Made by a program: the position numbers and the translations under genes. Source: Escherichia phage JN02. From it: 64,000 nucleotides of DNA. The stretch lies in the sequence record MT782071.1, one strand, 5' to 3'. Shown piece by piece: positions 57,912 to 64,000 of this stretch (positions are counted from its first letter, which is position 1; every line of letters starts with the position of its first letter). The notes beneath the pieces were generated by a model. That model was not told the DNA's origin, ran no database searches, and saw only the letters and a program-made list of their open reading frames with translations.

Positions 57912-58214
57912 TTAGATAGATGTAGGCTCTAATTTTATTTTCATGAACTCGGCAAATTGTCTGGCAGTTTTTATGCCTTGTTCATGACATTCAAATGCAT
58001 CGTCACAGGGGCTATTTTTGTAATGCTTTGCCATATACTTATAGAATTTTTCAGAATTCTCGACATTTTGAATTTCAAACAAAGTATATACGTTTTTAAT
58101 CCCTGATTCCATAAAGTTATCAAAATATGGGTCGGTGTACGCAGTACCAACGTTAGGAGTTGTTGCTGCAAAAAACCCCAGCATCGCCATGACAGCTATC
58201 GCTCTTAAGGCCAT
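57912..58214 (-). CDS. rI: lysis inhibition regulator RI (antiholin)
   Basis: 100 aa; signal-anchor then DPYFDNFMESGIKNVYTLFE...PCDDAFEC matches T4 RI as recalled. Confidence 0.8.
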   Translation of the reverse strand: MALRAIAVMAMLGFFAATTPNVGTAYTDPYFDNFMESGIKNVYTLFEIQNVENSEKFYKYMAKHYKNSPCDDAFECHEQGIKTARQFAEFMKIKLEPTSI

Positions 58215-58226
58215 ATAGGCCTCCTG

Positions 58227-58439
58227 TTAATTTTGGCCAGTATTTATTTTTCGCCTTTGGACGGCCTTAACATCTGTGAGGTATTTTTCCAGCTTGCGCT
58301 TGCGTGTATAATCAGCTTTAGAACCAGTTTGACGGATATCCTCGTTTAAATGAGAAATAGAATGTCCTAATTCTCTTCGGATTTCATCCAATTGGGTTAC
58401 AGTAAGATTACGAAGTTGTCTTTCGTTTAATTGCTGCAT
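58227..58439 (-). CDS. hypothetical protein (rI.1 position)
   Basis: 70-aa ORF. Confidence 0.35.
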   Translation of the reverse strand: MQQLNERQLRNLTVTQLDEIRRELGHSISHLNEDIRQTGSKADYTRKRKLEKYLTDVKAVQRRKINTGQN

Positions 58440-58466
58440 ATATACCTCTTGGTTAGATATTAGTAT

Positions 58467-59048
58467 TTATAACAACCCTGTCAAATCATTCCAATGCTTC
58501 CGGCATAATGACACGTATCTATCGGTATCACCAATTTCAATTTGACTGCCATCTGTAATTGGAAGTCCGTCTTCCGTGACTCTAGCTACCATTGTGGCCT
58601 TTTTACCACAATGACAGACACCTTTAAGTTCAACAAGCTTATCGGCAATAGCCATTAATGCTTGAGAACCTTCAAATAGATTACCTTTAAAATCTGTTCG
58701 TAGTCCATATGCCATTACCGGCACATTGTATACGTCAACAATACGACTAAGTTGATACACCTTTTCAGTAGTTAAGAACTGAGCTTCGTCAACAAATACA
58801 CAATGAATATCCTTTTGTGCCGCAGCCCATTTATAGAATTCAAAGATATCCATGTCTTTTGTAATTATATTGGCGTCCTGACGAATACCAATACGAGAGA
58901 CTATTTCACCTTTTGAATCGCGAGTATCAATAGCCGGTTTAAGAACTAATACACCCATGCCACGTTCTTTATAGTTATGTGCGGCAGTAAGTAATGAAGC
59001 AGACTTACCAGCGTTCATAGCGGCATATGTAAAAATTAAACTAGCCAT
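58467..59048 (-). CDS. tk: thymidine kinase
   Basis: 193 aa; P-loop AAMNAGKS, C-terminal zinc ribbon CHCGKKAT...CRKHW. Confidence 0.9.
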   Translation of the reverse strand: MASLIFTYAAMNAGKSASLLTAAHNYKERGMGVLVLKPAIDTRDSKGEIVSRIGIRQDANIITKDMDIFEFYKWAAAQKDIHCVFVDEAQFLTTEKVYQLSRIVDVYNVPVMAYGLRTDFKGNLFEGSQALMAIADKLVELKGVCHCGKKATMVARVTEDGLPITDGSQIEIGDTDRYVSLCRKHWNDLTGLL

Positions 59049-59057
59049 AAGAGTCCC

Positions 59058-59240
59058 TTATAGTGAATTCACGTAGTCAATGAGTTCTTGTTCTTTCCTG
59101 TCAAATGATTCCATCAATGCTTGATATTCTTCATCTGTTAAAGGAGCATATTCATCGTACGCATTGGTGGCTGCTTGCTCATCCAATAGGTCATGAATAA
59201 GTTCAAACAGTTTAGCTTTCTCTTCTTTAGTTAATTTCAT
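59058..59240 (-). CDS. hypothetical acidic small protein
   Basis: 60-aa ORF. Confidence 0.3.
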   Translation of the reverse strand: MKLTKEEKAKLFELIHDLLDEQAATNAYDEYAPLTDEEYQALMESFDRKEQELIDYVNSL

Positions 59241-59464
59241 TTAGGTTCACCTTCTTTAACGAAATCTGGGTAAGGGTAAAATCCTGAGTAAAACCCTTCA
59301 CCTTTATGATTGCTACAACCTTTGTTCGAACAGTAACACCAATAATCAAAATCACAAGCCATTTCGTCATTGCATAAAGCAAAAACTACAGGCCATTCGC
59401 ATTTTTCGCATTTAGCACCTGTAAGAATTTTTGTTTGACTCATAGCCATGTCACCTTTAAGCAA
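59237..59464 (-). CDS. Cys-rich small protein
   Basis: 75 aa; CEKCEWP...CYCSNKGC. Confidence 0.35.
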   Translation of the reverse strand: MLKGDMAMSQTKILTGAKCEKCEWPVVFALCNDEMACDFDYWCYCSNKGCSNHKGEGFYSGFYPYPDFVKEGEPK

Positions 59465-59667
59465 TATTCTTCTACATGTTGTTTACGGCCTTTCTTATCA
59501 ATAAAGGTATATTCAACGAATGTTCCGATGTAGTCTTTATCTACATCATGTGGACTATTAATTGGACATTTGGTACGACAAATGCGTTCCCATTGACGAA
59601 TAATTACTGCCTTATTCTTTGGGTCATATGGATGTGGATAATGTATATTCATAATAATGGTTCCCAA
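59440..59667 (-). CDS. hypothetical small protein
   Basis: 75-aa ORF. Confidence 0.3.
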   Translation of the reverse strand: MGTIIMNIHYPHPYDPKNKAVIIRQWERICRTKCPINSPHDVDKDYIGTFVEYTFIDKKGRKQHVEEYCLKVTWL

Positions 59668-60146
59668 TCAACAATCACAATTTCTAGTTTAGTGGAATAC
59701 GTATCTAAAATCTCTTCGATGACATCCCAGTTTCCACCACCAATACCTGCACCAATTCTTGGCATATAAATTACAGGCTTTGTTATCTTATTCTTTCCGA
59801 ATTCATTTAATTCTATTATACAATTCATTAAAGCAGAGTACTCAAAATTAGGTCCCGGCTCAAACTGCGTATAAAGATTAAAGCAATAAGCTTTATGGGT
59901 CTTAAAATATTTTTCATAAACCGAATAAGTCCCGAGTTTAGACTCGTCTCCGAATTCGGTTTGAAGTTTATCAGCTTCCAGAATTTTTGGATAAGCCTTT
60001 GCTAATTGTCCTGCCACACCGGCGCCCATTGTATGAAAACAATTACACCCATGAGCGATATTATTACCTTTAGAAAACAGGGCGACAATATCGCCCTTGA
60101 TATAGTTTTTAATCACTTGCTGCAAGTCCTCTATTATAAGAGTCAA
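59649..60146 (-). CDS. macro-domain protein (ADP-ribose binding/processing)
   Basis: 165 aa; NIAHGCNCFHTMGAGVAGQL resembles the macro-domain glycine-rich ADP-ribose-binding loop. Confidence 0.5.
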   Translation of the reverse strand: MTLIIEDLQQVIKNYIKGDIVALFSKGNNIAHGCNCFHTMGAGVAGQLAKAYPKILEADKLQTEFGDESKLGTYSVYEKYFKTHKAYCFNLYTQFEPGPNFEYSALMNCIIELNEFGKNKITKPVIYMPRIGAGIGGGNWDVIEEILDTYSTKLEIVIVDWEPLL

Positions 60147-60456
60147 CTAGACGGTCCACCATAGAATTGCATGCTGCCTTATCTTTAGGTTCCGCCACCG
60201 AGCATTCTAATATTTGCCATTTTTTATAGTATCTTTTAATTAAGGTAGACGCCTTGAACCTACTAGACGCCCCATCTTTTTCTCCGTCTTTATACGCATA
60301 TAACAATTTTTGTGAAAAATCTACTTTACACTCTTGACTTTGACCACAATAATCAGACGCCGTTCTGTTTGTATACTCCGTTATATCAGTGTATGTAGTA
60401 TTAGCAAGAGCGTTAAATGAAACCAAGCCAACTATTAAAGCCAACATTTTGGTCAT
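60109..60456 (-). CDS. secreted small protein
   Basis: 115 aa; signal peptide MTKMLALIVGLVSFNALA, several Cys. Confidence 0.4.
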   Translation of the reverse strand: MTKMLALIVGLVSFNALANTTYTDITEYTNRTASDYCGQSQECKVDFSQKLLYAYKDGEKDGASSRFKASTLIKRYYKKWQILECSVAEPKDKAACNSMVDRLVDSYNRGLAASD

Positions 60457-60995
60457 TCTTTTATTTCCAGTAGTTTATTTGATTTAAGGTAATTGGCCTT
60501 TTCTAGGACTTCAGAAGCATATTTACTTCCAGCACTTGTCTTCCATCCCGCATTATATGAGGATATAGCTTTTCTTATATCCCCATTATGTATATTTAAC
60601 CAATAAGAAAATTCGATATAAGCCCATCTAGCTGAATTAGACCGCTTAGATAGCATTTTCTTAATTTGGGCATCAGTCATATTATAACCAAGCTGGTTAA
60701 TTCGTGCCCTCATTGTTGGTAGATAATTTTGGAACATTCCATACGCATGGTGACCTTTCTTATCTTTAAGATTAATACCGGCAGATGATTCCTGCCATAG
60801 TATTGCGGCCATTATGTACCCAAGTCCTTTCTTATGCATATTTTCATGCGTTTTAAATTTTCCGTCCTTAGAAAACTGTTCCCCAAACTGATAAGCATAA
60901 TTCAAGTTATCGAGTTGGACATTACTAAAAGTATGCTCGGAGCTATGTGCTGATAATGAAAGAGCAAATAGACCAGCGAGTAGTGCTTTTCTCAT
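60453..60995 (-). CDS. periplasmic lytic transglycosylase-like protein (SLT domain)
   Basis: 180 aa; signal peptide; ILWQESS...YGMFQ resembles the SLT catalytic-Glu motif. Confidence 0.5.
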   Translation of the reverse strand: MRKALLAGLFALSLSAHSSEHTFSNVQLDNLNYAYQFGEQFSKDGKFKTHENMHKKGLGYIMAAILWQESSAGINLKDKKGHHAYGMFQNYLPTMRARINQLGYNMTDAQIKKMLSKRSNSARWAYIEFSYWLNIHNGDIRKAISSYNAGWKTSAGSKYASEVLEKANYLKSNKLLEIKE

Positions 60996-61003
60996 GTTTA
61001 CCT

Positions 61004-61462
61004 CTAGATTTTAATCACTGCTTTAGAAGCTTTTCCTGGTAGTCGTTTACTGTTAATAATAGCCATTCTGCATTGAAGAGTCTTCATTTTGAATGCTGGA
61101 TTTTCGCGACAGACTGTGAGTCCTAACCAAAGATTTCCATCAGTTATTTCTAAACGGCCTGGGCGATATTCGACGCCTTCGACAAAATCTTCATCAACAT
61201 CTGGACGTGCCGGCATTGATAAAAATTCTGCAACTTCTTTAACATGATTTTTTACTTTACGAAATAATTCAAAAACGTAGTTCTCATCTATTTCTCTCTG
61301 GATGGCACGATCTAAGAGATGTTGAGAATACTTGATATGAAAGCCTGGTAGTCCAAGAGACTTTGCAGCATCTTTTATACCGGCATTTATTTTGCGGAAC
61401 TCCGTTTCAAAGATTCGACGGAGTTTATTACGGCGGATAAAAACGTCTGAATTGATAGTCAT
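61004..61462 (-). CDS. regB: RegB site-specific endoribonuclease
   Basis: 152 aa; size and position as T4 RegB. Confidence 0.75.
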   Translation of the reverse strand: MTINSDVFIRRNKLRRIFETEFRKINAGIKDAAKSLGLPGFHIKYSQHLLDRAIQREIDENYVFELFRKVKNHVKEVAEFLSMPARPDVDEDFVEGVEYRPGRLEITDGNLWLGLTVCRENPAFKMKTLQCRMAIINSKRLPGKASKAVIKI

Positions 61463-61470
61463 TTTGATTT

Positions 61471-61519
61471 CTCCTCTAGTTGACAGGTCTATAGTAACAC
61501 AACTAGAGGAGAAGTAAAC
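61471..61519 (-). promoter_or_regulatory. early promoter with inverted repeat (PeSL-like) upstream of regB
   Basis: minus strand GTTTAC, spacer, TACTAT; IR ctcctctagttg/caactagaggag, proximal arm contains the RBS. Confidence 0.5.
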
Positions 61520-61860
61520 TACTCTTTGAAAGGAATTAACTTTTTAACTGCTTTAGATACTTCGTCACGAACCTGGTGGAAGTTCTTGAGCTGTTCAAGG
61601 CGTTGTTCGTAATACGCAATCTCATCTTCTTCAAGACAATCGTCAGCGTCTTCTTTCAGATATGCCTTGTACTCATTAAAGAGGGCCCATAGGCGATTCT
61701 CAAAGTCATCAAGGCTTTGAATTTTCTTGTGCTTCGGAACAAGGCCAAAAGGATTGCTTTCAGTTATGCGTCGAGATGCTTCATAATGAGTTCCAAAGCC
61801 TGATAGGATTTGAGCCATTAGTATTTTTCCTCTGGTTGAAATACCGCACGACAAGCCCAC
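61519..61860 (-). CDS. hypothetical protein
   Basis: 113-aa ORF. Confidence 0.35.
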   Translation of the reverse strand: MGLSCGISTRGKILMAQILSGFGTHYEASRRITESNPFGLVPKHKKIQSLDDFENRLWALFNEYKAYLKEDADDCLEEDEIAYYEQRLEQLKNFHQVRDEVSKAVKKLIPFKE

Positions 61861-62231
61861 ATACTAGCTTCCTTTAGGCGTTCTTTAGCACAGTTCAATT
61901 GGGACAAAGCCATCAGAGCTTCAGGAGTATTTGCTGATAATGCTTCTTCTGCCAGGGCGTCTAGAATAAGTCCTAAACGAACTTCAGCATCTTTAATAGC
62001 GTTCACTTTACCGATTTTATCATCGGTATGCGGCTTGTAGCCTTTGATGTCTTCAATCGACATAAGGAATTTCCTCATCGGTGGCAAGGTCATATTCGAC
62101 CAATTGGATAGGCTCATTAATACCATATCCGCGTACAGTGATATCAGTTGACGGATATTTTCCAGTAATATCACCCGTTCTAAATGCTTCAATGAATGAT
62201 TGCTCGCCTGAGCAACTAAACCAGGCGGCAA
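61818..62231 (-). CDS. hypothetical protein
   Basis: 137-aa ORF overlaps the upstream gene; probable true start at the internal MSIEDIKG (about 62063). Confidence 0.35.
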   Translation of the reverse strand: MPPGLVAQASNHSLKHLERVILLENIRQLISLYADMVLMSLSNWSNMTLPPMRKFLMSIEDIKGYKPHTDDKIGKVNAIKDAEVRLGLILDALAEEALSANTPEALMALSQLNCAKERLKEASMWACRAVFQPEEKY

Positions 62232-62277
62232 AACATTTTAAAACATCTTCAGACCCTTCTATAATCAATTTAGCCAT
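62053..62277 (-). CDS. hypothetical acidic protein
   Basis: 74-aa ORF. Confidence 0.35.
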   Translation of the reverse strand: MAKLIIEGSEDVLKCFAAWFSCSGEQSFIEAFRTGDITGKYPSTDITVRGYGINEPIQLVEYDLATDEEIPYVD

Positions 62278-62639
62278 TATAGACTCTCAGTAAAGGTACG
62301 AGCGATAACGTCGCGTTGCTGTTCCGGAGTCAGAGAGTTAAAGCGAACTGCATAACCGGATACACGGATGGTCAGCTGCGGATATTTTTCTGGATGCTTA
62401 ACTGCATCTTCCAGAGTTTCGCGACGCAGAACGTTAACGTTCAGGTGTTGACCGCCTTCAATTTTAACTTTAGGTTGATGTTCAATTTCAATTTCACGGG
62501 CATTCAAACCGTAGAAAATTTCTGGGTCTACAATAGCGTCTTCTTTAAAAGTCTTAGAGACAATAATCCGGGCTTGAGTACCGTCTTCAAAATAAATAGT
62601 GCCTTTATGTGCACCTTCAAGAATTTGATATACTTTCAT
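62277..62639 (-). CDS. glycyl-radical cofactor protein (GrcA/YfiD-like)
   Basis: 120 aa; C-terminal [25 protein letters not shown] is the pyruvate formate-lyase type glycyl radical signature. Confidence 0.6.
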   Translation of the reverse strand: MKVYQILEGAHKGTIYFEDGTQARIIVSKTFKEDAIVDPEIFYGLNAREIEIEHQPKVKIEGGQHLNVNVLRRETLEDAVKHPEKYPQLTIRVSGYAVRFNSLTPEQQRDVIARTFTESL

Positions 62640-62645
62640 ATAACC

Positions 62646-63002
62646 TCAATTAGAAAATAAATTTATCCAAGTTTTTTCTTTAATCAAAAATGGGTCGGAA
62701 TTAAACGCCATTAAACTTTGAGTGATTAATCCCTTAAATGGCCCATCAATAAATTCCATTTTGAAATGCGGAATACTAGTCATTAACCGTGTATTAGGAG
62801 CAGTACAAAGAACATGCTGCCCTGCGAACGGACCTTTAGTCAAACGATATCGTTTAGGTTTAAAATGGTAGATCTCGTAATTTTCTACAAGAGCCCTTTT
62901 ATTGCATACTGGGCTGTTATAACAATACTCAAAAACTTCAATAGTGGTCATCATTGCATTCCAATCACAAAAAATTGAGGACGAGCAATACCGCCGATGC
63001 AA
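62646..63002 (-). CDS. hypothetical protein
   Basis: 118-aa ORF; probable start at the internal MMTTIEV. Confidence 0.3.
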   Translation of the reverse strand: MHRRYCSSSIFCDWNAMMTTIEVFEYCYNSPVCNKRALVENYEIYHFKPKRYRLTKGPFAGQHVLCTAPNTRLMTSIPHFKMEFIDGPFKGLITQSLMAFNSDPFLIKEKTWINLFSN

Positions 63003-63526
63003 TATTTGCTTTTGCAGCAGTACTGTACTGATTTAATATGGACATTGTAAATCTTATCCATATCAGGAGCTTTAATAGGCTCGTCAATTATATACAGAAT
63101 ACGAGAAAGCGTTAATCCACGGAATTTAGAACCTTCATTGCCAATAAAACTACGGACAGAATCAGTAAATAAACGGAATCGAATATCGTCGCTAGAATAA
63201 CGTGAAAATTCTTTTTCAATGTTGCCAGCAGAAATTTTAGCATAAGCTGAAGTATTAGAAAGAACAATAACTGTTCCACCGTCATACAGCCAATTAGCAG
63301 CAAAGTTAGTCACAGCAATTGATTTACCTGATTGTCTGCCACCGTCTAAACGAAGTGTACAGTACTGCTTGAGTACGTCTTCAAATGGTGGGACATAACC
63401 GTTCTTACAAATTTCTTCTACTCTAGCATCAGAATGGTGTGTAAAAGCATTCATCAGGGATAGATAAGGTCCGGTTAAAAATGTTCTCATATTATTTCTC
63501 TTAAGGTTTGGGCCATTCCGTGGCAC
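62951..63526 (-). CDS. hypothetical protein
   Basis: 191-aa ORF; probable start at the internal MRTFLTGP (about 63490). Confidence 0.35.
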   Translation of the reverse strand: MPRNGPNLKRNNMRTFLTGPYLSLMNAFTHHSDARVEEICKNGYVPPFEDVLKQYCTLRLDGGRQSGKSIAVTNFAANWLYDGGTVIVLSNTSAYAKISAGNIEKEFSRYSSDDIRFRLFTDSVRSFIGNEGSKFRGLTLSRILYIIDEPIKAPDMDKIYNVHIKSVQYCCKSKYCIGGIARPQFFVIGMQ

Positions 63527-63662
63527 ATGTTATGTCCTTCGACTCGCTATGTAAACCCATTACCGCATTGCGCTCGACCTTATTACAGGTTGGAAAAGGT
63601 ACATCACTCAGAGGACTCGACGTTCATGAGGAGAGGTTGCGTTTCCCTTTATTAGGCAAGAA

Positions 63663-63992
63663 TTATACTCTAGGCTTTTGAGCTTGTTTGGTATTGGATT
63701 CCCATGCGGCTTTGGTAATTTTGTTAGCGGCATAACCAAAGGCATTAGATAGAACACCTTTAGAGTTGAATACATCCAATCCAATAAGTACACCGGCTGT
63801 GTTAAATTTAGGAGCAAAGTACGCATTAGTTTTAGAAAGAGCTTTTTTCAATTCAGGGTCTTGAACCAAGCCATCAAAAATGCCTTTACTATTTACTTTA
63901 TATGTTACTTTGGGATTTTTACCTTCTTCGATAGCAGCTTTCTGTTCCGCAGATAATGTAACTTCAGTGATAAACTCTTGATATGTTTTCAT
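63663..63992 (-). CDS. internal head protein with capsid-targeting N-terminus
   Basis: 109 aa; N-terminus MKTYQEFITE resembles the T4 internal-protein targeting sequence; Lys/Ala-rich. Confidence 0.55.
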   Translation of the reverse strand: MKTYQEFITEVTLSAEQKAAIEEGKNPKVTYKVNSKGIFDGLVQDPELKKALSKTNAYFAPKFNTAGVLIGLDVFNSKGVLSNAFGYAANKITKAAWESNTKQAQKPRV

Positions 63993-64000
63993 TTTGTTCC

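Noticed and set aside
63491-63662. tRNA gene in the long intergenic gap
   Set aside because: No acceptor stem/T-loop arrangement (no GTTCRANYC-like T-loop or 3' CCA context) could be found by eye on either strand; needs software confirmation

Overview
This window is a T4-like (Tevenvirinae) phage early/middle region, AT-rich and densely packed, with essentially every gene on the minus strand (transcribed from high to low coordinates). Gene order follows T4 from an internal-protein gene (63663..63992) down to rIIA (10..2223): regB, tk, rI, nrdC, 49, nrdD, nrdG, nrdH, 55, 47, 46, rpbA, 45, 44, 62, regA, 43, 42, uvsX, 40, 41, dmd, sp, 61, 56, soc, modB, modA, srd, dda, dexA, 39. The 903-aa DNA polymerase matches the RB69 gp43 sequence as I recall it, so the source is probably RB69 or a close relative. 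Topoisomerase gene 39 is an uninterrupted 39+60 fusion, nrdD has no intron, and no homing endonuclease genes are visible. The most interesting feature is what replaces the T4 hydroxymethylcytosine glucosylation genes. Neither alpha-gt nor beta-gt is present at its T4 position. Instead there is a cassette between genes 42 and 43 encoding a SIS-domain arabinose-5-phosphate isomerase, a fused sugar-1-phosphate nucleotidyltransferase/anomeric kinase, a small HAD phosphatase and a Cys-rich unknown protein. Two unknown genes sit at the beta-gt locus, and a GT-B glycosyltransferase lies between rIIA and gene 39. Together these look like a phage-encoded NDP-pentose (probably arabinose) donor pathway plus transferases for DNA hypermodification; as far as I recall arabinosyl-hmC has been reported for RB69, but none of the enzyme assignments here are verified. 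Also notable are recurring early-promoter cassettes with inverted repeats, MotA-type middle promoters, several small paralog families, a macro-domain protein and a GrcA-like glycyl-radical protein. All similarity statements are from memory and motif reading; no searches were run.
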